Shown: positions 28,761-38,311 of the stretch, piece by piece
Position numbering within the stretch: position 1 is the stretch's first letter
How the letters are laid out: each line of letters starts with the position of its first letter
Sequence record: NZ_CP027239.1
Reading direction: 5' to 3' (one strand)
Length of the DNA: 64,000 nucleotides
Origin: a plasmid
Made by a program: the position numbers and the translations under genes
The notes under the pieces: generated by a model
Databases searched by the model: none
The model's input: the letters and a program-made list of their open reading frames with translations, nothing else
Told to the model about the DNA's origin: nothing

Positions 28761-29180
28761 CTACGCGGAGCCGTCCGTAATGATCGAGCTGAATAACGCG
28801 ACCTTCGTGAGCGGCAGCACCAGCGTCCACTCCTGCGCTTTGGAAGGCACGATGGCCAGGTACCCGACGCCTTGTTCCCAGGCGTCGACACCCATCAGGG
28901 TGTTGCCGCTAAGTCGCGCTGCAGCCGGGTGGTCAATGGCGCGAAGCTGGTCGGCGACGCCCTGATCGACGGTCACGTTCATGCGTTGGGCGGTTGCCGG
29001 GAGCAACGTGGGGAGGATGACGACATCGGAGTTAGGGGATAAGGACCCGACTCCGCTGAGTACCGACGCAAGGTCGTCGATCTTCCCGGGCAGGTCCGCC
29101 ACGTCGTCGGACAGTCGTCGCACGGCATCGGAGAGCTCAGACAATGCAGCTTCGCCGAGGCCTTCGTCATTCGGTTGCAT
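28761..29180 (-). CDS. hypothetical protein (139 aa)
   Basis: Start refined to MQPNDEG with strong RBS gggagggg; upstream part of the track ORF has low GC3 (non-coding). Confidence 0.5.
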   Translation of the reverse strand: MQPNDEGLGEAALSELSDAVRRLSDDVADLPGKIDDLASVLSGVGSLSPNSDVVILPTLLPATAQRMNVTVDQGVADQLRAIDHPAAARLSGNTLMGVDAWEQGVGYLAIVPSKAQEWTLVLPLTKVALFSSIITDGSA

Positions 29181-29341
29181 GGACAGTGCCCCTCCCGTTG
29201 ATTGCTCGTCGATTCTGGCACGCGAAATGGCCCACCGAGGGCGGTCGCCGCCGAACGGTGCGCCACGGTGGAGGAGCTGTTGCCAGGCCGCTCGTTCGAG
29301 ACGGTGCGCTACGACCTGCTCATTCACTAAGGAGATCAGTT

Positions 29342-30253
29342 TCAGGCGGCGTGATCCCCGGGCTCGCCCCATCGCACCCAGTCGCCGTCGTCCCAGTTGT
29401 AGCCGCGGTGCCAGGCCGCGTCGGAGACGATGTCGCGCACCTGCGGAGTGCAGGTGTCGGTGATGGCCTTGTCGGCGGTCAGCCACAGAGCGTCGGTGAC
29501 CCGCATGAGAGCTGTGGTCTCCGCCGGTGACAGCTGTTCGAGATCGACATGCTGGGCAAGTCGGTTGAGCACATCCGCGGTGGTGCAGATCGGGAACCGA
29601 TCGGCCTTGAGCCGGTACCAGACATCGGGCACCGCGTAGAGCTCATTGATGTCGGTCGAGCGGTCGGCGATGACCTGCAAGACCTTCATCGGGGAGGGGT
29701 GGAGCAGGTACTTGATGACCTGCGGTCTCACCGGCTCGTACTCGTCGGCCACGCCTTTGCGCTTCTTGAGGCCATTGCAGTCGTAGCCGCCCACTTCATC
29801 GAACTCGTCGGCGTTGATCCACCGCTTGTCGAGGATGTCCTGGTAGCGGCGCATGTGGGCGGCCTGCTCGGCAGTGACCTCGACAGCGTCACAGTCCAGC
29901 AGCTGCTGGACTGTGATGCCGTGGTTCCACTGCGGCGGTGTCTTACCGGGCTTGTGCTCGGTGCGGGCCAGCTCTGTCCGCTCTCCGGCAGGGGAGTAGT
30001 CGACTGCGGTGAAGTCGGCGCCGTTGCCTGACTCCTCGACGACCGGGGTGCGACCGCCGGGCCAGTCTGCCGGGTCGAGCTGCGGGAACAGGGCCAGGAC
30101 CAGGGCCTCGCGGAGGTGCTCACTGTGGTCGGTGGCCAACTGGGCGATCGCCTTGTTCAGCGGCGCCTCGAGGAAGCCGAAGCCGACGCCGGTGGAGCGG
30201 TCGATCCAGCGGGAACGGATGGGCTCGGTGTAGGGGGTGCGGGGCGTGTTCAT
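29342..30253 (-). CDS. hypothetical protein (303 aa)
   Basis: GC3-rich minus-strand ORF in an operon with 30276..30749. Confidence 0.55.
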   Translation of the reverse strand: MNTPRTPYTEPIRSRWIDRSTGVGFGFLEAPLNKAIAQLATDHSEHLREALVLALFPQLDPADWPGGRTPVVEESGNGADFTAVDYSPAGERTELARTEHKPGKTPPQWNHGITVQQLLDCDAVEVTAEQAAHMRRYQDILDKRWINADEFDEVGGYDCNGLKKRKGVADEYEPVRPQVIKYLLHPSPMKVLQVIADRSTDINELYAVPDVWYRLKADRFPICTTADVLNRLAQHVDLEQLSPAETTALMRVTDALWLTADKAITDTCTPQVRDIVSDAAWHRGYNWDDGDWVRWGEPGDHAA

Positions 30254-30275
30254 CGTGGGTTCTCCTTTGCGGTGG

Positions 30276-30749
30276 TCAGCTCTGGTCTTCGCCGCGGGCG
30301 TGGAAGGCGGTGATGGACTCGGTGATTCCGTCGACGATTTCGGGGATCGAGGTGATGACTCCGACCTCGTTCTGCAGTAACGTCAGCGCCTCGGCGCTCA
30401 GGGGCAGACTGTCGCCTGTCTCGGGATTCCCGGCCTGCAGAACCACTGGTCCGTGAAGGACCGCGTTGTCTGCGCCGAGTGCCTGGGCGAGCACTGTTGC
30501 CGCCATGTTCCGGGGCCGCTCGTAGGCGGACATGCGCCCGTACCAGAAGTCGAGTGCCATGCCGTTCAGCACGGCGGCAAGGCGCGGCCCGGGCCGTCGG
30601 TTGAGGGACGGGTTGACGGGCAGGACCTCGGCTCGTCGGGCGCCGATCAGAGGGTAAATGTCCTCCAGGTCGTGAATGTGCGGCTGAGTCTCGACAGGCC
30701 AGGTCGTGCCGTCGACGGCGATCACGAGTGCGGTGGCTTGGTTGCTCAT
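30276..30749 (-). CDS. hypothetical protein, paralog family 1 (reverse-strand copy)
   Basis: LVIAVDGTTWP...LHGPVVLQAGNPETG. Confidence 0.6.
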   Translation of the reverse strand: MSNQATALVIAVDGTTWPVETQPHIHDLEDIYPLIGARRAEVLPVNPSLNRRPGPRLAAVLNGMALDFWYGRMSAYERPRNMAATVLAQALGADNAVLHGPVVLQAGNPETGDSLPLSAEALTLLQNEVGVITSIPEIVDGITESITAFHARGEDQS

Positions 30750-30771
30750 GGTGGGTTCTCCGTTGTGGTTG

Positions 30772-31269
30772 TCAGTGGTTCTCGGAGTGGGTGCGCAGGA
30801 TGGCTACGCCTCCGGCGGGTTCGCTGGTCAGCGATTCCAGGTAGAGGGGGCCGTTGCCGTTGGGGGAGCGGACCTGGAGCCGGCCGCCGGGGAGGGCTTC
30901 GATGTGCCAGCCGCAGACCATTGCGGACTGGGTGTCATCGCTGGGGACCGCCTCCGGCTGGTAGTCCCACAGCTTGATGGGGTTGGCTGCGCCTCGGACC
31001 CAGGGGTTGGGAACTTCCTGTCCGATTAGGTCTGCCCGCTCGGGGGCTGCGCCGAGCTCGAAGACAACCTTCCCGCCGCTGTCGTCTGGGCGGCTGTGGC
31101 CGAGGACGCGCCACACGCCGACGATGGTGTTGTCGCGCACGGCTGCCAGATAGTCGCCGTAGCCGCGGATCGACTCCTCTGCGACCTTCCAGTACTTGCT
31201 CGCGGCCTCCATGAGCTGCTGTTCGGTGACGGCTCCCACGGCCGATCGGCTGACGTTTACAAGGATCAT
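30772..31269 (-). CDS. hypothetical protein (166 aa)
   Basis: Start refined to MILVNV with RBS gagaggga; first gene of a minus-strand operon. Confidence 0.55.
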   Translation of the reverse strand: MILVNVSRSAVGAVTEQQLMEAASKYWKVAEESIRGYGDYLAAVRDNTIVGVWRVLGHSRPDDSGGKVVFELGAAPERADLIGQEVPNPWVRGAANPIKLWDYQPEAVPSDDTQSAMVCGWHIEALPGGRLQVRSPNGNGPLYLESLTSEPAGGVAILRTHSENH

Positions 31270-31297
31270 GTCCGGTCCCTCTCTCGATGTTGTGACG

Positions 31298-31312
31298 CTA
31301 TCTAATTTAGAT
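31298..31312. promoter_or_regulatory. perfect palindrome TATCTAAtTTAGATA in AT-rich divergent promoter region
   Basis: 7-bp arms with a 1-nt centre, between divergent gene starts at 31269 (-) and 31445 (+). Confidence 0.5.
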
Positions 31313-31444
31313 ACGCACGGCCTTGTTGTCAATACGTCTTTGGAAGATGTTCCGAGGTTCTGAACCGAGACGCTGCTGCACCTGGGATTTGTGCCGGAAT
31401 CATCGCCGAAGACAACGACGTCTTCCTGGTGAAAGGAGCCCGTC

Positions 31445-32011
31445 ATGGGTTCGATCAGCTATCCCAAGTCCCCTGGCCGCACGACCGACCAGGAGCTGCG
31501 GGCCTACCTGGCCGAGAACCTGCCCGCCGGCCATAGTGTGGTCGCGCAGGCCACCCGGCCTGCACTTGATTATGAGTTCTCCCGCGAGTTGTTCGCAGCG
31601 GTCGAGGACGGCGATGGCAACGTCACCTGCCACGTCCTGCTGGGCGGCTCCCAGAACGGAGAGATGTACATCAAGGCCCTGCATGAGGACATGGGTCCGT
31701 GCGTGAACCCGGATCCACCCGCGCGCGTGCTCGCTGCACTGACGCCGACGGACTCCAAGTACGCCCTCGAGTTTCGTGCCGCCGCGGCCGATGCGTTGGA
31801 GCGCAAGAAGGTGGCGAAGGCCATGATCGGCCTGCACCTCCGGTTCGACGTCCCGTTCCCGTACCCGGGCGAGGACGCCGAGCGCACCGACTTTCGTGTG
31901 CAGTCGATGAGCAGGTTCACCCGCCCCGACGGCACCGGGCTTTACCGCGCACCCAAGGGCTGGTGGATGCGCACCTTTCGTGTCGTCCCTGCGGCTGATA
32001 CGGCGGCTTGA
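31445..32011 (+). CDS. hypothetical protein (188 aa); a truncated second copy lies at ~34795-34966
   Basis: Motif 64 bp upstream; RBS gaaaggag; C-terminal block PYPGEDAERTDFRVQSMSRFTRPDG...APKGWWMRTF. Confidence 0.55.
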   Translation: MGSISYPKSPGRTTDQELRAYLAENLPAGHSVVAQATRPALDYEFSRELFAAVEDGDGNVTCHVLLGGSQNGEMYIKALHEDMGPCVNPDPPARVLAALTPTDSKYALEFRAAAADALERKKVAKAMIGLHLRFDVPFPYPGEDAERTDFRVQSMSRFTRPDGTGLYRAPKGWWMRTFRVVPAADTAA

Positions 32012-32102
32012 GCCCCCGCGACGAGAGCCCCGCGTCATGGCTGGCGCGGGGCTCTCGTCGTATGCGGACTGTTGCTGTCCGGCAGTAGCAGTTCGGTCAG
32101 CC

Positions 32103-32444
32103 CTAATCGGCCTTATCGTTCGTGCGGCGCCGGTCTGCAGCGTCGACGAGGTATCCAGCCAGACGATTATTTTTGCCGTCACTGGCCGCGTAAGCGGTGA
32201 GCGCCTCAGCGAGGTTCTGCTCGGAGTCCTGAGCGTCAGAGAGTGCCTGGTTCAGTTGCTGGAGGTCATCGGCGATGTTCTCCCAGAATCTCGTGAAGTG
32301 CTCACGGCGAGCGTTCATCGCAAGCTCGTCGAGACCAATCTCCACTCGTTTGAAGGCGTCGAGGTCCGCAGTGGTCATGTCTCGCACTGCGCTCTCGCGG
32401 GTGAGGCGGGATCCATCAGGTGTAGTCACGGTTGCTCCGATCAT
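32103..32444 (-). CDS. hypothetical acidic protein
   Basis: Minus-strand ORF convergent with 31445..32011; start chosen at internal Met (MIGATV); weak RBS. Confidence 0.4.
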   Translation of the reverse strand: MIGATVTTPDGSRLTRESAVRDMTTADLDAFKRVEIGLDELAMNARREHFTRFWENIADDLQQLNQALSDAQDSEQNLAEALTAYAASDGKNNRLAGYLVDAADRRRTNDKAD

Positions 32445-32611
32445 CGTCACGTGCCTCAGTAGCACCAGTGGCCGTTGCGAACGCCACAAGTATGTACGTC
32501 AGGAGTGTCGAAGTGCCACAGTGCGGGCAGAGGCGGGTTTGGCCCCTGCTGCACTGTGCGCTCCGGGTGGGACAACTGGGGGGACCAGCCCCGAACGACA
32601 GGAGACCAGCC

Positions 32612-32899
32612 ATGACGAAACCGACCACTGCAGGGGCGCTCGACGTCTCTGACCAGCAGGAGCAGGACGCCCTCGACCAGACCGGCATCTTGCGCCGCCT
32701 GGTCACCATCGAAGCCATCCGCGCAGAAGCCGGCGACAACCCGAACCTGACACCCGCGCAGCGCAAGATGCTCCTGACAGCATCCGATGTGGCGATCCTC
32801 GAGGCAATCGACATCGAAGCCCTCGCCATTGAGGACCGCCTGTTCGCACTCCACGACGAGCTGCAGGCGCTCGTGGTCAACCAGATCGCGGCGGCATGA
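32612..32899 (+). CDS. hypothetical small protein (95 aa), paralogous to C-terminus of 12496..13080
   Basis: Motif 58 bp upstream; RBS caggagacc; ATGA overlap with next gene. Confidence 0.55.
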   Translation: MTKPTTAGALDVSDQQEQDALDQTGILRRLVTIEAIRAEAGDNPNLTPAQRKMLLTASDVAILEAIDIEALAIEDRLFALHDELQALVVNQIAAA

Positions 32900-33792
32900 C
32901 CATCTCGACACGGGAAGGCGAGCCCGTGACCATCACCCTGTCGGACCTGCAGATCACGCCCGCCGGCCCCTACGTCGACGCCGGCACCCCCGCCTCCCAC
33001 TGGGAGGCCAGCATGGACGACGACGCCTTCTACTGGGGCGCCCGCTACACCGAACCCCTGTTGTGGGCGGTCGGCGGGCACGAGGGCCCGTCGCTGGTCA
33101 ACGTCACCGGGGCGCCGGGGCTGGACCTGGTGCTCGACGTGACCGTGAACAACGACGGGTTCACCGGTGGGCCGATGCTGTGGCTCTCCCCGGTCCTGCG
33201 CCACGCCGGAACGCCGCTCCTGCGGCTCGGCTGCGAACCGGTGTTCATCGAGAACCTGCTCGGCGACTACCTCGACGAGCACGGCGACGTGATCGCCAGC
33301 CCCGACACCGTGCACGCCACCGAAGACGAGTTCCTGGCCGCGCTCGCGCCCCGCGTGTGCCAGCAGATCAACGCCCACCTGGCCACCCAGACCGCCGTGC
33401 AGATCACCGTGCCCGACGTGCCCGGCTGGCAGCGCGACCAGACCATCGTCACGATCACCGTGCCGTCGACGATGGGGGAGGACCACCGCCCTGCCGCGGC
33501 GGAGATCGCCGACCGCCTGGGCGAGCACTTCCAGCTGGACGTGGTGACGGGCCAGTCGACGGTGGTGGGGCAGGTCGAAGCGTTCGGGCTGGGACTGCGC
33601 GAGCTCGCCCCCGCCCTGGACTGGGACGGCATCCTGACGCGGCCCGACACCGACGGCGCGTTCCTCGACGCCACCGGCCCGGCCGACGCGCTCACCCCGG
33701 CGGCTCGCCGCTACCTGAGCGTGATGCGCCGCAGGGGCTGCGTCGGGGTTGAGACCACCGTCGACGGCGCCCACGTGTTGGGCCCCCGGTAG
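32896..33792 (+). CDS. hypothetical protein (298 aa), paralog of 36630..37517
   Basis: Collinear blocks (SLVNVTGAPGLDL / SLLNVTGAPGVYL; DVIASPDTVHATEDEFLAALAPRVCQ / EVIASPDATHSSNAAFLAELAPRVCE; DALTPAARRYL / DALTPAARSFL). Confidence 0.6.
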   Translation: MTISTREGEPVTITLSDLQITPAGPYVDAGTPASHWEASMDDDAFYWGARYTEPLLWAVGGHEGPSLVNVTGAPGLDLVLDVTVNNDGFTGGPMLWLSPVLRHAGTPLLRLGCEPVFIENLLGDYLDEHGDVIASPDTVHATEDEFLAALAPRVCQQINAHLATQTAVQITVPDVPGWQRDQTIVTITVPSTMGEDHRPAAAEIADRLGEHFQLDVVTGQSTVVGQVEAFGLGLRELAPALDWDGILTRPDTDGAFLDATGPADALTPAARRYLSVMRRRGCVGVETTVDGAHVLGPR

Positions 33793-33812
33793 CCACACGA
33801 CCCGGTATCAGC

Positions 33813-33842
33813 GCCCCGCCCCACCGCCGTGGGCGGGGCGCT
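33813..33842 (+). terminator. hairpin cgccccgccc-N9-gggcggggcg
   Basis: 10-bp perfect stem after stop 33792. Confidence 0.45.
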
Positions 33843-34030
33843 TGCCGCGGACCCGCGCCCCTGCAGCGGCTGTCCGCCACCCCGCAGCACCCCATCGCAC
33901 GCAGCGTCGGCTCGCCGGCGGCAGGGCCGGCCGCGCAGACTGCTGCACGCCCAGACACCGGCGGAAAGGTGAAGCCCATCGAGGAGCCACACCGCGCCCC
34001 TCACCCCGCCGGAACCACCAGGAGGACGCC

Positions 34031-34606
34031 ATGGGCCACACCACCACCGTCGAAGGACGCCTGACCATCCCCACCCGCGCCGTGAACGCGTGGGCCGCCA
34101 GCGCACACTCGGACGCGAGCACCGACGAGGCGCGGCGCGAGGAACTGCTCGCGGCCCTGGCCGAGCGGGTCAGCTGCGACGCGGCCGACCCCGTGCACAC
34201 GACCGTCAACGCCGACGGCGAGGTGACCGCGTACCTGGACGGAGACTGGTGCAGCTCCTACATCGAGGACACGCTCACGGTCCTGGCGGAGAACGGCGCC
34301 ACCGGCCGCGTCGTGTTCCCCGACGAGGGCTGGGGCTACGAGCTCGCCGCCAACAAGGTGCGTGAGATCGAGGCGGGCCAGATGTGGCCCGAAGACCAGA
34401 TGCTGGTCCTGCAGGTGAGCGCTCCCGGGCGGGACCGGCACCGCGCCGTCTACTCGACCGATCACGCCGTGTGCCGGGCGATCCACGCCCTGCACGCCGA
34501 GTGGTTCGGCCGGAACTCCACCCCGGCCGACCTCGACGCCGCTCTCGCGGCTCTCATCGCCGCTGGCGCCGAGGCCACCTGCGAAGCGCTCCCGTTCGCC
34601 GCCTGA
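34031..34606 (+). CDS. hypothetical protein (191 aa), paralog of 39247..39825
   Basis: Motif 83 bp upstream; RBS aggagg; TVEGRLTIPTRAVNAW / TIKGELTIPTTAITAW and FPDEGWGYEL / FPEEHWGYDL. Confidence 0.6.
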   Translation: MGHTTTVEGRLTIPTRAVNAWAASAHSDASTDEARREELLAALAERVSCDAADPVHTTVNADGEVTAYLDGDWCSSYIEDTLTVLAENGATGRVVFPDEGWGYELAANKVREIEAGQMWPEDQMLVLQVSAPGRDRHRAVYSTDHAVCRAIHALHAEWFGRNSTPADLDAALAALIAAGAEATCEALPFAA

Positions 34607-34794
34607 CCCTGCACCGCGTCGGCCCGCACCGTGGACAGGTGCGGGCCGACGCCCGTTGGGCCCCACGGCGCGACCCCTGCCAGCCCGCTGTCCGGCACTC
34701 GCCGTGGTCCCCTTCGGGACGACACCCGCCGCCGGGGCGCGGTCCACGCCCGGCGCCCACCACTGCCGATTCGGGCGTGCTGTACCCCAGTAGT

Positions 34795-34966
34795 CGCCGG
34801 GCAAGGTGGTCAGGTTCGCCCGACCGGTGGGCTACGGCGGCGAGCATGCCGACCGCACCACGTTCCGGGTGCAGACGATGAGCCGGTTTACTCTCCCCGA
34901 GGGGCCAACACGGTTCGTTGCCCCGAAGGGGTGGTGGATGCGGCCCTTCACCGTTATGGAGGACTG
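34795..34966 (+). pseudogene. truncated 3' fragment of a 31445..32011-like gene
   Basis: Translates to ...RFARPVGYGGEHADRTTFRVQTMSRFTLPEGPTRFVAPKGWWMRPFTVMED* matching the C-terminus of 31445..32011; no N-terminal portion present. Confidence 0.6.
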
Positions 34967-35048
34967 AAGGCGGGCCCCTGGATCGACGACGAGAGCCCCA
35001 CACAGGGATGGTGTGGGGCTCTCTTGCGGGACGGAAGGAGACGGCTGG

Positions 35049-36101
35049 TCACTCCCCGTGTCGGAGCGGACTCTCCGCCGCTTGAGTTGCCGCGGCCTGC
35101 CCATTGTTGGGAGCCGACGTCCGGCTGTCCGCGACCTCGATGGAGGACGACTGCAGGTTCAATAGCGCGAGCAGGTCGGCGGACTGAGTGTTGATCTCCG
35201 CCAGGTGCTCGACCGCCAGCTCATTGCCGGGAATGGTCGCGGCGATACGGTCCGCCAGTGCTGCCCTTTCGCCGGAGGGAGTGTCGAGCTGTCGCCCGAT
35301 CGCCTCCACGACCATCTGCAGCGCCACCTGCTGCTCTACCCGCTCACGCAGGGACGACAGGCCGGCTTGATAAACCGCGTAGTCGTCCCGCCACTTGGTC
35401 TGCGCCTCAGCATCGAGATGCACCGGGATGTCACCCAACGCTCGCCGCAGGTCCTGGAGAGCACCAGCCGCGCGAATGGTCTCAGAGGCCTCCGCTCGCA
35501 GGTCGACGCCCGATCTCCACTCGGCCATACTGGCGGACTTCCACATCCGGGACGTACTGCCAGCATGCAGGTCCCACAGCGCAGCAGCAGAGTGGCGGAC
35601 CAGACGCGATTCGTCGCCGCCTTCCAGATGGTCGCGGCGAGCGCGCGCATTGGGCCTGTCACCCGCCTGGGCGCGCGGCAGGACCCACACGTCCTCTCCA
35701 GGCTTCGGCCCGAAGGCTTCGGTGACGCCGATGGCGCAGCCCGCTACGAGAATCGTGATCGCGAGCGCAACCATGATCAGATTAAATTGCGTCTCCGCAA
35801 TCGCTCCCGTGTGCAGGAACATCTGCGCGGCGAGGCCTATGGGTATGGGGATGACGACAGCGAGCACCATGGACGCAATCGGCTTCTGCTTGATGGGTGG
35901 GCGCCCCAGCAGTGTTGAGCCAAACGGGCTCGCTGCCGGCCGCAACATCGCACCAGACCACTCGTCATACGACGAGTCCCTTGCGACGCGAGCAACCATG
36001 CTCCTGTCCGGCTCGCCCTCGAGCTTCTTCCTCGCCTGATTGATGAATGGCTCCAGCAACCTGCCCGAATCATCCGGCTTCGGGATCGACATTTCGCCCA
36101 T
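35049..36101 (-). CDS. membrane protein (paralog of 1423..2595)
   Basis: RBS gaggag; TM segments (IASMVLAVVIPIPIGLAAQMFL, LIMVALAITILVAGCAIGV); shared C-terminal helical blocks. Confidence 0.6.
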   Translation of the reverse strand: MGEMSIPKPDDSGRLLEPFINQARKKLEGEPDRSMVARVARDSSYDEWSGAMLRPAASPFGSTLLGRPPIKQKPIASMVLAVVIPIPIGLAAQMFLHTGAIAETQFNLIMVALAITILVAGCAIGVTEAFGPKPGEDVWVLPRAQAGDRPNARARRDHLEGGDESRLVRHSAAALWDLHAGSTSRMWKSASMAEWRSGVDLRAEASETIRAAGALQDLRRALGDIPVHLDAEAQTKWRDDYAVYQAGLSSLRERVEQQVALQMVVEAIGRQLDTPSGERAALADRIAATIPGNELAVEHLAEINTQSADLLALLNLQSSSIEVADSRTSAPNNGQAAATQAAESPLRHGE

Positions 36102-36270
36102 GGCATCTCCTCACGTTGCGGTCGGCGTGCCAGAAAGTGTCCCACCGACTCATGCCGACGAACCCCGCGCTAAGCAGTCGCCCCGCATGGTCTTCATCGC
36201 CGTCTACTGCAGTCCGAGAACACGGGTGAAGGGTGTGGGCATCGGATCTCGCCACCCCACAGGAGGAGCC

Positions 36271-36633
36271 ATGATGGCCACCAAGCAGTACGCCGGATAC
36301 GTCGACGACGCCGATCTCGACTCCAACCCTGACTTCGCCCGCACGCAGCTCGACAGCTACTCCAAGGTGGTCGCCATGCTCCGCCACTTTCCCCGCGCCG
36401 AGACCTACAGCAACACCGCCACCGCTGCCGACTGCGAGCAGATGGCCACGATGGTTACCGACCGCATCGGCGCAGGATGGGGCCGCACTAGCGGAATGGT
36501 CGTTGCCCGGCACCCGAAAGGCACGCTCCACCTGTTCGCCGGCGACATCGTGGGCGTCACCCCACAGTCGGTGCAGTTCTCCAACGGCACGGTCATCCCG
36601 TGCAGCCGCATCATCGCGGTGGGACTGCAGTGA
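36271..36633 (+). CDS. hypothetical protein (120 aa)
   Basis: RBS aggagg; stop overlaps GTG start of next gene. Confidence 0.55.
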   Translation: MMATKQYAGYVDDADLDSNPDFARTQLDSYSKVVAMLRHFPRAETYSNTATAADCEQMATMVTDRIGAGWGRTSGMVVARHPKGTLHLFAGDIVGVTPQSVQFSNGTVIPCSRIIAVGLQ

Positions 36634-37517
36634 TCGCCTCCGGCACGACCACCACGGTGGTTCAGCTTTCGGACCTGCGCGTCTACCCCGCAGGCAACTA
36701 CGCCGCCACCAACCGGCCCGCGCCACTGTGGGAAGCCAACTACACGGACGACCCCGCGAGATTGGGGCAGCAGTTTGTCGACCCGATTATCGAGGCCGTA
36801 GGGCCGCATTGCGGGCCGTCACTGCTGAACGTGACCGGAGCGCCCGGCGTCTATCTGGGGCTGGATGCCGCGATCACCAACGACGGCTACTCCGATGGTC
36901 CGCTGGTGTGGCTGATGCCGTGCCTGATCGTCGCGGGCCGGGAGGTGCTCCGGCTCGCACCGGAGCCGCTGGCGTTCAGCGACCTTTACCCCGAGCACCT
37001 GGGAGGGGATGGCGAGGTGATCGCCAGTCCGGACGCCACCCACTCGAGTAACGCCGCGTTTCTGGCCGAGCTCGCGCCGCGTGTGTGCGAGCGCCTCAAC
37101 CTCTACTTCGCCTCCCGCCACGAGACCGCTCTGACAGTGCCGGAGGTGGACGGGTGGGCGCGGGACTGCGCCTGGGTGCGCATCGAGACTGGCCTCTCCT
37201 TTGATAAACGGGGGCGCCCAGCTATCGCCGACACCGCTCGAGCCGCAGGTGAGGCGTTCGGGCTCGCGTCGGTAGGCCCGCGATCCACGCTGTACGAGCA
37301 GCTCGAATCACTCGCGGCCGGCGTGGTGGAGCTCGCTCCCCGCATGGAGGCGGACTTTGTGGGCCACGACGGATCGGGTGGCCCGTTCGTCGACTTTCAC
37401 GGCCCGGTCGATGCGTTGACTCCCGCCGCGCGGTCCTTCCTGGCCGAGCTGTCAGCCGATCGCCGGATGACGATCGAGGCCGTGGTCGACGGGGCGGAAA
37501 TACTGAGAGGGAACTGA
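36630..37517 (+). CDS. hypothetical protein (295 aa), paralog of 32896..33792
   Basis: GTGA start/stop overlap; see 32896..33792. Confidence 0.6.
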   Translation: MIASGTTTTVVQLSDLRVYPAGNYAATNRPAPLWEANYTDDPARLGQQFVDPIIEAVGPHCGPSLLNVTGAPGVYLGLDAAITNDGYSDGPLVWLMPCLIVAGREVLRLAPEPLAFSDLYPEHLGGDGEVIASPDATHSSNAAFLAELAPRVCERLNLYFASRHETALTVPEVDGWARDCAWVRIETGLSFDKRGRPAIADTARAAGEAFGLASVGPRSTLYEQLESLAAGVVELAPRMEADFVGHDGSGGPFVDFHGPVDALTPAARSFLAELSADRRMTIEAVVDGAEILRGN

Positions 37518-37593
37518 CCCGGATTGCACAGCGGACGGCGAGAGTCGTGACCTGCGCCGTTGTCGGCGCAGGTCACGAGGGGGACTGTACGGA

Positions 37594-37941
37594 TCAGGAG
37601 TAGCTGTCGAGGACTTCGCGGATCTGGGCGACGATTTCTCGGTCGGTGTTTTCGGCGTAGTCGATGAGTCGCTGATCTCCGCCTTCGGAGGGTTCGAGCA
37701 CGGCGGCAACGAGGTCGCCGATCGCGGTGCCACGCCGGTAGAGGCGGACCTCTTCGCTCGCCAGTAGTGGGAGGGGGGAGGGAAGGTGTCCGAGTCCGTA
37801 GCCGGCGAGTTCTTTGGAGATGTTGGTGACAACCGTTTCCCCGAGGCGGCTGACCCCGTAGGCGTCGCGCAGTTCGCGCATCTCGGTCACGTAGATGGTG
37901 TTGTCGTCGACGTGCTCGCCCAGGTAATCGAATCCGCTCAT
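37594..37941 (-). CDS. hypothetical acidic protein (115 aa)
   Basis: Minus-strand ORF with good GC3. Confidence 0.5.
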   Translation of the reverse strand: MSGFDYLGEHVDDNTIYVTEMRELRDAYGVSRLGETVVTNISKELAGYGLGHLPSPLPLLASEEVRLYRRGTAIGDLVAAVLEPSEGGDQRLIDYAENTDREIVAQIREVLDSYS

Positions 37942-37999
37942 GGCTGTCCTGTCTCTCGGGGGTCAACGCTGGACCCGTTAGTCGCAAGTTTACGGGAGC

Positions 38000-38235
38000 G
38001 GCTGTCACAAAACCACTGACAACGGTGGGGCTAACGTAGTGCGTCTGCGAGTTACGATGCATGTCGTAGGCTGGGTGGCAACACTGCAGGTTCGGCCCGG
38101 ACAAAAATAATGGGCGCCTCGCCCGGTTTTCGCTCGGTGACAGAAACGATGGATTGCGTCATCGCATTTCGAGTTTTTGCCGCCCCCCTCCGAACTGGCC
38201 GTTTCCGGGTGACAGAAACGGTGACAGAAACAAAT
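38000..38235. promoter_or_regulatory. repeat cluster upstream of recombinase gene: GTGACAGAAAC x3 direct plus one inverted copy (ggttttgtgacag)
   Basis: Visible repeats in a locally AT-richer stretch; candidate res/crossover or operator sites. Confidence 0.5.
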
Positions 38236-38311
38236 CTCAAATAACCTAGTTGTGTCATGCGTTTTGACCACACGTCGCTCTGTGGCGGACGAACAGGAAG
38301 GTAGGCATACC

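Noticed and set aside
32416-33798. 460-aa minus-strand ORF
   Set aside because: Antisense to the translationally coupled paralog pair 32612..32899 / 32896..33792, and shows shadow-frame composition.
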